Assembly: GCF_009914755.1 (NCBI RefSeq)
Contig: NC_060926.1
Source: the human T2T-CHM13v2.0 reference genome, Homo sapiens
Direction: 5' to 3' (one strand)
Length of the DNA stretch: 64,000 bases
Positions within the stretch are counted from its first letter, which is position 1; every line of letters begins with the position of its first letter. The notes under the pieces are model-generated. The model searched no databases. It had not been told where the DNA came from and was given only the letters and a program-made list of their open reading frames with translations. The translations under genes were made by a program, and so were the position numbers. Of this stretch, positions 46,554-58,547 are shown in pieces.

Positions 46554-47006
46554 GCTTCTTTCAGTTCAGAGCTCACCTCTGTTTTATTACAAAAGATGTC
46601 CCAGTATTATTGGCAAAGGCAAGAGCACTGACTCAGATTATTTCTTTTCTTTAATTAATTTATTTTTAAAATTTATTTATTTTATTATGCTTTAAGGTCT
46701 GGGATACATGTGCAGAATGTATAGGTTTGCTGCATAGGTATACATGTGCCATGGTGGCTTGCTGCATCCATCAACCTGTCATCTATATTAGGTATTTCTC
46801 CTAATGCTATTTGCTATTCCTCTCCTTGCTCCCCAACCCCCGACAGGCCCCAGTGTGTGATGTTCCCCTCCCTGTGCCCATGTGTTCTCATTGTTCAACT
46901 CCCACTTATGAGTGAAAACATGTGTTGTTTAGTTTTCTGTTCCTGTGTTAGTGAGCTGAGAATGATGGTTTCCAGCTTCATCCATGTCCCTGCAAAGGAC
47001 ATGAAC

Positions 47007-50000
47007 TCATTCTTTTTTCCTGGCTGCATAGTATTCCGTGGTGTATATATGCCACATTTTCTTTTTCCAGTCTATTATTGATGGGCGTTTGGGTTTGTTC
47101 CAAGTCTTTGCTATTGTGAATAGTGCTGCAGTAAACATATGTGTGCATGTGTCTTTATAGTAGCAGGATTTATAATCCTTTGGGTATATACCCAGTAATG
47201 GGATTGCTGGGTCAAATGGTATTTCTAGTTCTAGATCCTTGAGGAATAGCTGCACTGTCTTCCACAATGGTTGAGCTAATTTATACTCCCATCAACAGTG
47301 TAAAAGCATTCCTATTTCTCTACATCCTCTCCAGCATCTGTTGTTTCCTGACTTTTTAATGATCACCATTCTAACTGGTGTGAGATGGTATCTCATTGCA
47401 CTTTTGATTTGCATTTCTCTAATGACCAGTGATGATGAGCTTTTTTTTTCATACGTTTGTTGGCTGCATAAATGCCATCTTTTGAAAAGTGTCTGTTCAT
47501 AGCCTTTGCCCACTTTTTGATGGGGTTGTTTTTTTCTTGTAAATTAGTTTAAGTTCTTTGTAGATTCTGGATACTAGCCCTTTGTAAAATGGATAGATTG
47601 CAAAATTTTCTCTCATTCTGTAGGTTGCCTGTTCACTCTGATGATAGTTTCTTTTGCTGTGCAGAAGCTCTTTAGTTTAGTTAGATCCCATTTGCCAATT
47701 TTGGCTTTTGTTACAATTGCTTTTGGTGTTTTAGTCATGAAGTCTTTGCCCATGCTTATGTCCTGAATGGTATTGTCTAGGGTTTCTTCTAGGGTTTTTA
47801 TGGTTTTAGGTCTTATGTTTAAATCTTTAAACCATCTTGAGTTAATTTTTGTATAAGCTGTAAGGAAGGGGTCCAGTTTCAGTTTTCTGAATATGGCTAG
47901 CCAATTTCACCAACACCATTTATTAAATAGGGAATCCTTTCCCCATTACTTGTTTTTGTCAGTTTTGTCAAATATCAGATGGTTGTAGATGCGTGGTGTT
48001 ATTTCTGAGGCCTCTGTTCTGTTCCATTGATTTATATATCTGTTTGTTACCAGTACCATGCTGATTTGGTTACTGTAGCCTTGTAGTATAGTTTTAAATC
48101 AGGTAGCATGATGCCTCCAGCTTTGTTCTTTTTGCTTAGGATTGTCTTGGCTATACGGGCTCTTTTTTGGTTCCACATGAAATTTAAAGTAGTTTTTTAT
48201 AATTCTGCGAAGAAAGTCAATGGTAGCTTTATGGGAATAGCATTGAATCTGTAAATTACTTTGGGCAGTATGGCCATTTTCACAATATTGATTCTTCTTG
48301 TCCATGAGCATGGAATGTTTTTCCATTTATTTTTGTCCTCTCTTATCTCATTGAGCAGTGGTTTGAAGTTCTGCTTGAAGATGTCCTTCACATCCCTTGT
48401 AAGTTGTATTCCTAGGTGCTTTATTCTCTTTGAAGCAAATGTGAATGGTAGTTCACTCATGATTTGGCTCTCTGTTTGTCTATGATTGGTGTATAGGAAT
48501 GCTTGTGATTTTTGCACATTGACTTTGTATCCTGAGACTTTGCTGAAGTTGCTTATCAGCTTAAGGAGTTTTGGGGCTGAGACAATGGGGTTTTCTAAAT
48601 ATACAATCATGTCATCTGCAAACAGAGATAATGTGACTTCCTCTCTTTCCATTTGAATAACCTTTATTTCTTTTTCTTTCCTGATTGCCCTGGCCAGAAT
48701 CTTATTATTTTGAGATATGTTCCATTGATATCTAGTTTACTGAGTGTTTTTAGCATGAAGGGGTGTTGAATTTTATCAAAGGCCTTTTCTGCATCTATTG
48801 AGATAATCTTGTGGTTTTTGTCATTGGTTCTGTTTATGTGACGGATTATGTTTATTGATTTGTGTATGTTGAACCAGCCTTGCATCCTAGGGATGAAGCC
48901 GACTTGATCGTGGTGGATAAGCTTTTTAATGTGCTGCTGGATTTGATTTGCCAGGATTTTATTGAGGATTTTCGCATCAATGTTCATCAGGGATATTGGC
49001 CTGAAATTTTCTTTTTTTGTTGTTTTTCTGCCAGGTTTTGGTATCAGGATGATCCTGGCCTCATAAAATGAGTTAGGGAGGAGTCCCTCTTTTTCTACTG
49101 TTTGAAATAGTTTCAGAAGGAATATTATTAGCTCCACTTTGTGCCTCTGGTAGAATTCGGCTGTGAATCTGTTTGGTCCTGGGCTTTTTTTGGTTGGTAG
49201 GCTATTAATTACTGCCTCAATTTCAGAACTTGTTATTGGTCTCTTCAGGGATTTGACTTCTCCCTGGTTTAGTCTTGGGAGGGTGTATGTGTCCAGGAAT
49301 TTATCCATTTCTTCTAGATTTTCTAGTTCATTTGCACAGAGGTGTTTACAGTATTCTTTGATGGCAGTTTGTATTTCTGTGGGACCAGTGGTGATATTCC
49401 CATTATCATTTTTTTTATTGTGTCTATGTGATTCTTCTCTCTTTTCTTTTTTATTAGTCTGGCTAGCAGTTGATTTTGTTAATCTTTTCAAAAAACCAGC
49501 TCGTGGATTCATTGATTTTTTGAAGAGTTTTTCTTGCCTCTATCTCCTTCAGTTCTGCTCTGATCTTAGTTATTTCTTGCCTTCTGCTAGCTTTTCAGTT
49601 TGCTTGCTCTTGCTTCTCTAGTTCTTTTAATTGTGATGTTAGGGTGTTGATTTTGGATCTTTCCTGCTTTCTCCTGTGGACATGTAGTGCTATAAATTTC
49701 CCTCTAAACACTGCTTTAGCTGTGTCCCAGAGATTCTGATATGTTGTGTCTTTGTTCTCACTGGTTTCAAATAACTTATTTTTTTGCCTTAATTTCATTA
49801 TTTACCCAGTAGTCATTCAGGAGCATGTTATTCAGTTTCCATGTAGTTGTGTGGTTTTGAGTGAGTTTCTTAATCCTGAGTTCTAATTTGATTGCACTGT
49901 GGTCCGAGAGACCGTTATGATTTCTGTTCTTTTCCATTTGCTGAGGAGTATTTTACTTCCAATTATGTGGTCAATTTTAGAATAAGTGCCATGTGGTACT

Positions 50001-50390
50001 TTTTGTAGGTCTCTAAGAACATGCTTTATAAATCTGGGTGCTTCTGTATTGGGTGCATATATATATATATATATATATGATAGTTAGCTCTTCTTGTTGC
50101 ATTGATCCCTTTACCATCATGTAATGCCCTTCTTTGTCTTTTTTTTTTATCTTTGTTAGTTTAAAGTCTGTTTTATCAGAGACTGGGGTTGCAAACTCTG
50201 CTGTTTTTTGCTTTCCATTTGCTTGGTAAATCTTCCTCTATCCATTTATTTTGAGTCTTTGTGTTTCTTTGCACATGAGATGGGTCTCCCAAATACAGCA
50301 CACTGATGGGTCTTGACTGTTTATTCAATTTGCCAGTCTTTGTCTTTTAATTGGGGCATTTAGCCCATTTACATTTAAGGTTAATATTGT
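47007..50390 (-). pseudogene. Disrupted L1 ORF2p
   Basis: Fragments 49595-49798, 48664-49512 ([17 protein letters not shown]), 48197-48652 (LFADDMIVY) and 47007-47513. Confidence 0.9.
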
Positions 50391-50454
50391 TTTGAGTGAA
50401 TTCAATCCTGTCATTATGATGCTAGCTGGTTATTTTGCCCATTAGTTGATGCCA

Positions 50455-51222
50455 TTTCTTCAGCGTTAATGGTCTTTATATTTTGGTATGTTTTTGCAGT
50501 GGCTGGTACTGGATTTTCCTTTCCATATTTAGTGCTTCCTTCAGGAGCTCTTGTAAGGCAGGCCTGGTGGTGACAAAATCCCTCAGCATTTACTTGTCTG
50601 TAAAGGATTTTATTTCTCCTTCACTTATGAAGCTTAGTTTGGCTGGATGTGAAATTCTGGACTGAAAAATTCTTTTCTTTAAAAATGTTGAATGTTGGCC
50701 CCCACTCTCTTCTGCTTGTAGGGTTTCTGCAGAGAGATCTGCTGTTAGTCTGATTGGCTTCGCTTTGTGGGTAGCCGGACCTTTCTCTCTGGCTGCCGTT
50801 AACATTTTTTCCTTTATTTCCACCTTGGTGAACCTGACGATTAAGTGTCTTGGGGTTGCTCTTCTCGAGGAGTTTCTTTTTGTTGTTCTCTGTATTTCCT
50901 GAATTTGAATGTTGGCCTGTCTTCCTAGTTTGGGGAAGTTCTTCTGGATATTATCCTGAAGTGTGTTTTCCACCTTGGTTCCATTCTCCCCACCACTTTC
51001 AGGTACACCAATCAAACGTAGGTTTGGTCTTTTCACATAGTCCCATATTTCTTGTAGGCTTTGTTCATTCCTTTTCATTCTTTTTTCTCTACTCTTGTCT
51101 TCAGGTTTTATTTCATTAAGTTGATATTTAATCTCTGATATCCTTTCTTCCTCTCTATTGATTTGGCTATTGATACTTATGTATGCTTCACAAAGTTCTC
51201 TTGCTGTGTTTTTCAGCTCCAT
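50455..51222 (-). pseudogene. Disrupted, N-terminally deleted L1 ORF1p
   Basis: The ORF at 50590-51222 contains MELKNTAREL..., NEQSLQEIWDYVKRPNLRLIGVPE, TPRHLIVRF and PIRLTADLSAETLQA. Confidence 0.92.
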
Positions 51223-51288
51223 CAGGTTCTTCTGTGTTGATCTGGCTGGGAGCTGCAGACTGGATCTGTTCCTATTCGACCATCTTCC

Positions 51289-52293
51289 TTTACTTTGTTT
51301 TCTATGAGTTAGACTGTTTTAGATACTTCATGTAAGTGGAATAATACACTATGTTTCTTTCTATGACTGTTTTATTTCACTTAGCATAATGTCCTCAAGG
51401 AACATCTATGTTGTCATATATTGTAGGATTTTTTTAAAAGATGAATACTATTCTATTGAATATATATCACATTGTCTGTATCCACTCATCTGGCAATAAA
51501 CATTTTACATTATTTTCACATCTTGGCAGTTGTAAATAATGCTGCAATCAACATGGGAATGCTAATATCTCTGAGATCTTGATTTCAATTCTTTTGGATA
51601 AATACCCAGAAATGGGTTTGTGGCATCATGTGGCAGTCTTATTTTTAAAATTTTAAGGAAGCTTCATATGGTTTTCCATTGCTGCTGCACCATTTTGTGT
51701 TGCCACCAATAGTATGAAAGAGTTCCAGTGTCTCCAGTCTTCATGAACACTTGTCTTTCGTTTTGTTGACAATAGCTATCCTAACAGGTATAAGGTGATA
51801 TTGCATTGTGGTTTTGATTGCATTTCTCTGATTATTAGTGACATTGACCATACCTTCATATGGCTTTTGGGCAATGGTTTGTCTTCTTTGGAGAAATGTC
51901 TGTGCAAGTTCCTAGCCTCCTTTTAACCAGGTTATTAGATGTCTTGCTATTGATTGGTAGGAATTCCTTATACATAATGAATAATAACTGCCTTAGTTTG
52001 GTCCTTTTCTAGTTCCTTGCGATGTATAGTTAGGCTGTTTATTTAAGATCATTCTTCTTTTAAATGTAGGCATTTGTTGCCACAAACTTCCCTCTTAGTA
52101 CGGTTTTTGCCGTGTCCCATAAATTTTGGTATGTTTTATTTTCATTTTCATTTGTCTCAAGATATTTTCTAATTTTTCTTTTAATTTATTCTCTAACCCA
52201 TTTGTTTGTTCAAAACTGGGTTGTTTAACTTTTATATATTTGTGAAGTTTTCAGTTCTTTCTGCTGATAATTTCTAGTTTCATTCCAATGTGG
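51289..52293 (-). mobile_element. L1MA/MB fragment(s)
   Basis: TTTCTATGAGTTAGACTGTTTTAGATAC, GGATAAATACCCAGAAATGGG and AACTTCCCTCTTAGTAC. Ends abruptly at the duplication junction. Confidence 0.85.
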
Positions 52294-52302
52294 CTTCAAG
52301 AC

Positions 52303-53015
52303 GAACTGAGGGTGGATTCTGGTCAACAGCCAGGGACAAACTGAGGTCCTTTGTCCAACAGCCCTAGAGGAACCAAGGCCTTGGAACTGAGCATGCAAGC
52401 AGCTCTTTCCCTAATTGAGCATTCAGATGAAACCACAGCCCTGCTCAACACCTCACTGCAGCATCATGGAAGAGCATGAAGCAGAGGCCTTGTTATGCCA
52501 CTTCCAGACTTCTGAGACACAGAAACCATGAGATTGTCAATGCGTGCTGTTTTAGGCCACTGCGTTTTGGAGTAATTTATTACACAGCAATAGATAACTA
52601 ACATAAGTGACCTACCTAAGTCACATACCTTAAAATGTTATCTAAACTGAGATTAAATGAAGATAATGAAAGGATTCAAAATGACTGAATCTACCAATCT
52701 AATCTAAGAAATACCCTCAGCAAATTTAAACACAATTACATGCAACAAATGACAAAAGGTGTCCAATAGGCTTTTGATATTGACTTTCAATTCCATCCCA
52801 AACAAAGAATTTTTAAAAATTATTTGCATATAAGAGTCTTTGTTCTGGTCCTCTCTGAATTCCTCCTTTCCATGTTGCTCAGATTCTGTGTGGCTACCAC
52901 CACCACGACAGGGTTTTCTTAAACCTGTTTCCTGTGTCTGAACCTATTTCTACTTTGGAAAGAAAAAAGTCTAATTTTATGTACTATGTCTTTGCCAGCA
53001 GAATTCCTAAGGAGG
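52303..53015 (+). repeat. Left arm of the inverted duplication (partial MLT1F plus unique DNA)
   Basis: Reverse complement of 56331-57043, about 95% identical by eye. Confidence 0.97.
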
Positions 53016-55029
53016 GCCATTTATTGTAAATGCTTTGAAATCTTATTGTCTGAATAACTGATGTGTTTGTGATTATTTCTAAAATGTCCCTTATCAAAAG
53101 TTGTATTTGAAGTTAAAATCTTAGATGTTGTTATTCTCTTTCTGCCCTAGGACATTCTTAAAATGGAGATGTGTTTTCTGTTATTTCTACTGAAATATTT
53201 TGAAATAAATAATGAGCTAGCAGTTTTATATCATGCCATCTGTGCAAGATAGAACTTTGTAGAATACTACTAGCTACAAAACACAAAAGCCTATAGAGCG
53301 TTTGTTATACACTGCAATAGAAATTGAATGCTGTTTTACAGAATTAAACAATATCACCCATTCTAATTTTCCTTAAATAACCAAAGAGATTGGTTTAAAT
53401 TATTGTCTAACAGCTTTTTGATTAAAGGTGCATTTTAAAACTTCCAAAATGCATCTAATGAAACAACCTTTTGTGTAACTATTCTATTCTGGAAAAGAGT
53501 TTGTGTTTTGTAAACATGTAATTCACATAATATTTGCTGCAGATCATATTAGAGAGTATGCATTTTTTTTTTTTACTCAAATGTGAAATAGGAATTTCAG
53601 GTCAAAGAGTCACCATGCATATAAAGAGAAAGATGAATTTTAAAAATACATATGAGAACTTCGGTAAGTTATTCAATCTCTTTTGTCTTTAGTTGCTTCA
53701 TCTCTAATCTAGGAATGAATGAATGAACAGCCGAGGGCATGAATAGCTGCTGAGTATCACATAAATAAATGCCAAAGGTTTTCATTAACATTGTTCTATT
53801 TCCTTTCTACAATGGTTTTATAAAACAAAATTATTTACATTTTATTGATGGTAAAGCTGATTCTCATCTTCCTTTTTTCTGTGAAGTGGTTAAGTAAAAA
53901 TTAAGATAAAGTAAGTGAAAACGTACCAAGAGATACCAAGAAAAAGGCTCTTTATGAATGTCTGAAGAGTGATTATTTTACATCTCATGAGAAATAATTG
54001 TTAATTTTAAAATAAGGTTGTTTCTTTTGGCCAAGTCAATTAAAATACCTTTTTCTGATGAAATCTTCTGGTTATAATTACACATTTCTTTAAGTTCCTT
54101 CTTCTGAATCGAGCCAAAGCCAAGCAGATATTGATTCTTGTAAACATTTTACTGGCATACATAAACCATATTATTTACTGAGTGATTTTGGTTTACTTTA
54201 TTTTTCCTTTACTGACACAACTTTTTTTGGCTTTCTGTCAGAGCCACAGACTGTTATTTTCTTGTTTGCTTTTGTTTTGTTTTGTTTTTCCTATGTTGAC
54301 TTTGGTAAAGTTCCCACTAAATGGCTATTGTATTAAGCCTTCTACTTTGGGGCCATAGTAACTGTTTGCTGATTGTGGTATAGATTTATAATGTTGATTT
54401 ATTCCAGAACATGGTATAAGAATACCACTTTAGCATGGCCTTTGGCTACCAGATATGTCACTGTGCAAATTCATTTTTTAGTTTATTCTTACAGCTTGTT
54501 GCAGTTACATCATCTTATGGAAGATGCTCAAAAAGAAGCATCCTTAGAAGATGGCCCTTGGTTTCTAGGTTAGCCTATTTGGAAACTTGGTTGATGGTAT
54601 CCAGGGAATGTGGAAATTTTGAACTACCTCCATGTGACTGGGGATTTGGGACACTCATTTTCACCCATGAATGTCATGTCAATAGAACCCTGGGCCATTG
54701 GCTATAACTGAAGCCAATGTGGTTCCTTTTGTAAATTTTGATTCCTTTTCTTTTTCCCTTTAGGTCCCAGTTTATCTCAAGTAATATATTATCCTCCTGC
54801 CTCCTGAAATTTTACTGACTTTATCCTTAGGTGTAGGTTTATTTAATGCCTTTGGTCCTTCTACAAGAACGTCCTCACAGAATCTAGCAATTGAGCCAGC
54901 AGATGGAATTGGCATCTCTTAAATTATAATTCCTAGTAATCCCCTCCCTCCATTCTTCTCACCCTTCCTCCCTCCCTCCATTTCTCTTTCTCTAAAATGA
55001 ATTATACAGTTAAAAGACTTAGTAAGTCT

Positions 55030-55290
55030 TGAGAAAAACTATAGTAGCATTGTTAAACACATCAATTTTTAAACCAGCTTGCCTGAGTTCAAAGCCAAGC
55101 CCTACCAATTATTAACCTTGGGCAAGTTACTTAACTTCTCCCTGCTTCCATTTCTTCACCTGCAAAGTGGGAATGTTAAGGATAGCCCTTAATCTCATAG
55201 TGCTATTGCTAAGATTAAGCAAATTAAAATATCTAAAGCCCTTAGAGCACTACATAACACATAGTAAGTGCTAGCAGAATGTTTGCTATT
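55030..55290 (+). mobile_element. MIR, near full length
   Basis: GCCTGAGTTCAAA...ACCTTGGGCAAGTTACTTAACTTCTC...CATAGTAAGTGCT. Confidence 0.9.
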
Positions 55291-55992
55291 TTTATTACCA
55301 ATTTTACAAAATATTCCAGTAAAGTGTCATTCACTACATTATGAAGCTTACTGGATAATATTTCTAGATCCTTCAGAGCAAAAACAGCATGCAGATGTTC
55401 ACTGTAAGTTTGAAAACTGCAGAAAATTCACTTGGCTCTTTTTATTTGCTTCAAATTAGAAATGTATCAACCTGTATTGATTGGAAATCTAATAAGTATT
55501 TGAATTTTAAGTATGGACATCCATAGTTTCCATATTATTCAGAAGCACAAAGTGACTATCAAACTATTGTACATTCCTGGCAATAAGATGGACCAGGGAT
55601 CGACTTTTAGTGACAACAATAAAGCCCTTGATACTGCTTTTGTTTTGCTGACTTAAAATTGAACCATGTTTTATTTAATAACAATTATGCTTTTTACTTG
55701 TAAAATGCATGTAAAGAAAGTTAAGAAATACCAAGGGCAATAATATCTGATTCTTTCCCCCCAAATAAAATGATCTTATGAGCTACATCACCCAATTTAA
55801 CCTGTACACATGTACTTTTGTGTTGTTCCCCAATGTTTTCAGTAAAACCTCTGGTCTTAACAACCTGTTTCCAAGGTTCTACCATAATACTAGTTAGCCA
55901 ACATAGTATTGGGTTAAGCAGTACCAGTCTTGAACTATTATACCCACTGAGAATAGTTAATGGCAGTTCACAGGAACATCCATGTTTATCTC

Positions 55993-55993
<1 letters not shown>

Positions 55994-56032
<39 letters not shown>
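55994..56032. repeat. (GT)n microsatellite
   Basis: Seen directly in the sequence. Confidence 0.95.
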
Positions 56033-56038
<6 letters not shown>

Positions 56039-56330
56039 AATGGACGAGGGAGTGCTGGGGAATAGTTAAGATACAGATAGAGAAAGGGAAATCTTTAAAA
56101 CTTCAGACCTCAGTTGGTCTTGTGAGGTGTGAGCAGGAAAAAGTCCACCCAGTTCATCAGCCTTTGCTAGAATTTGCCAGGCAGCTCAGAATGCAAAGGG
56201 ATGAAGACTGATGGCATGGAGGTCTGAGTGTTTCCATTAGTGAGTAGGACCATAGCAGCAAACACAGCAGTCCCAGAGGACCAATGAATAGTGGCAGGCA
56301 TTTTGCAAGCATTATGAGAGAAAAGCAAAT

Positions 56331-57043
56331 CCTTCTTAGGAATTCTATTAGCAAAGAGTTAGTACATAAAATGAGACTTTTTTCTTTCCAAAATAGAAAT
56401 AGGTTCAGACATAGGAAACAGGTTTAAGAAAAGTGTGTCATGGTGGTGGTAGCCATGCAGAATCTGAGCAATATGGAAAGGAGGAATTCAGAAAGGACCA
56501 GAACAAAGACTCTTATATGCAAATAACTTTTAAAAATTCTTCATTTGGGATGGAATTGAAAGTGAATATCAAAATCCTACTGGACACCTTTTGTCATTTG
56601 TTGCATGTAATTGTGTTTAAATTTGCGGAGGGTATTTCTTAGATTAGATTGGTAGATTCAGTCATTTTTAATCCTTTCGTTATCTTCATTTAATCTCAGT
56701 TTAGATAAGATTTCAAGGTATGTGACTTAGGTAGGTCACTTATGTTAGTTATCTATTGCTGTGTAATAAATTACTCCAAAACACATTGGCGTAAAACAGC
56801 ACGTATTGACAATCTCATGGTTTCTGTGTCTCAGAAGTCTGGAAGTGGCATAACAAGGCCTCTGCTTCATGCTCTTCCATGATGCTGCAGTGAGGTGTTG
56901 AGCAGGGCTGTGGTTTCATCTGAATGCTCAATTAGGGAAAGAGCTGCTTGCATGCTCAGTTCCAAGGCCTTGGTTCCCCTAGAGCTGCTGGACCACGGGC
57001 CTCAGTTTGTCCCTGGCTGTTGACCAGAAGGCACCCTCAGTTC
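56331..57043 (-). repeat. Right arm of the inverted duplication
   Basis: Reverse complement of 52303-53015. Confidence 0.97.
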
Positions 57044-57280
57044 ATTGTCATGCAGGATTCTTCAAAGTGGGAAGCCGCCTCTTCAAAGCTCAAAAGACAG
57101 CACATCAGCCAGCAAGATGGAAGTCACAATCTTTTGTAACCAAATTAAGGAACAGAGGTTCCCTCAAGTTTGTCACATTTTGTTGGTGAGAAGTAGTAAG
57201 CCCAGGGGGATTTTACAAAGTTGCGAGTATCAGGAGGTGTAGATCATGGGGGACATCTTAGGGATTGCCTGCTACCCTGT
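56741..57280 (-). mobile_element. MLT1F-type MaLR LTR, complete
   Basis: TATGTTAGTTATCTATTGCTGTGTAATAAATTAC start and GGGGACATCTTAGGGATTGCCTGCTAC end. Confidence 0.85.
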
Positions 57281-57741
57281 TTTTCACTTTTGCAGTTAGG
57301 GGATTATATGACAGAGTAGGTAAAACTAGGCAAGCTGCTTAAATGAAATAATGCAATGCAAAGTGTGTTATTTGGTGTCCTCTAGGAGCTTTAAAATAAT
57401 AAGAACCCTTTCTTCTTCCCTTTGGTAATTCTCATTATGACAGCAGCTACCCTTGAAAGAGGACCACCTCTAACTTGGACACCAAGACCTTTCTGGCCTG
57501 GCCTCTGATTCTCCTTTGCACCCTTCACTTGTGAGCCACTCTGGACATTTGCCAGCTTCTCTATGTGGTGTGCACTTCCCCTCCCCTCCCATCAATGCCC
57601 CTTCATCTCCTGGCAAATCCTACTCACGTTTCAGCCATCACCTTACATTTCACTTTGTCTGGGACATCTTCTCTAATCTTCCTAATTCTGGGCTTGAGGT
57701 GTTTTCCTTATGGATTTTCATTGCATTTGATGCTTACCCTT

Positions 57742-57985
57742 ATGCTGCAGCTTCTATTACTATTACTACAGTTACTACTGCTGCTGAAGCTTGTACTTCT
57801 ACTACTACGGCTCTCACTACTATTACTAGTACTACTGTTACTGCTGCTGCTAGCAGCTTCGACTACTAGTAGTACTTTTATTATTACTGCTACTACTACT
57901 ACTATTATAGCTGATGCTACAGCTTCTACTAGTATTGATGCTTTTGCTGCTACTGTAATCTTGCTGCTTTTACTATTATTACTAC
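57742..57985. repeat. Degenerate trinucleotide repeat (CTA/CTG/TTA)n
   Basis: Seen directly. It produces the poly-T/L/A ORFs. Confidence 0.88.
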
Positions 57986-58185
57986 CATCTAATATTTATT
58001 GAACACTAAAAAACAGGTGATATTTTAGTGTTTATACATTAGCTTATTTAATCTTCTTTTCAAGTTGATGAGGTAGTTATTATCTTCTTTTTAGAAATGA
58101 ATAAAGAAGGCACAGATAATGTTATTGTTATTGCGTTATTTTTAAAGATGAAGAAAGGAGGCTCAGAAAAGTTAAAAAGTTGTTC

Positions 58186-58547
58186 CAGAGCTAAAAAAAA
58201 AAAAAAAGGTGATATCATAAAAGTAAAAAGAAGAACAGAGGAAACCTTAGACTGGGAAGGGAAGTTGGAAAGGTGAAAAAGGGAGAGATTTGTTGAAGGA
58301 TACACAATTACAGCCAGATGGGAGGACAAGTCTTAGTGTTCTGTAGCACTGCAGGATGACTACAGTTAACAATAATATACAGTTCCAAAAGCTAGAAGGA
58401 GGATATTGACCGTTCCCAACATGCTCAATGATGATGATGGATATGCTAATTACCCTCATCTGATCACTATATATTATATGTATCAAAATATCACTATGTA
58501 CTCCATGAATATGTACAATTATAATATTTGTCAATTTCTTAAAAAAA
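58186..58547 (+). mobile_element. L1MA (about MA5-MA7) 3' fragment inserted into a MIR
   Basis: GATGGATATGCTAATTACCCTCATCTGATCACT motif. TSD AAAAAGTTGT(T/C)C at ~58174 and ~58543, and the MIR resumes afterwards. Confidence 0.85.

Larger units (their letters stand above)
46639..51288 (-). mobile_element. L1PA7/8-like element retaining both termini, with several internal deletions
   Basis: 3'UTR at 46640-47000, ORF2 and ORF1 homology, and a 5' terminus (rc GGAAGATGGTCGAATAGGAACAG...) at 51229-51288. Confidence 0.92.
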
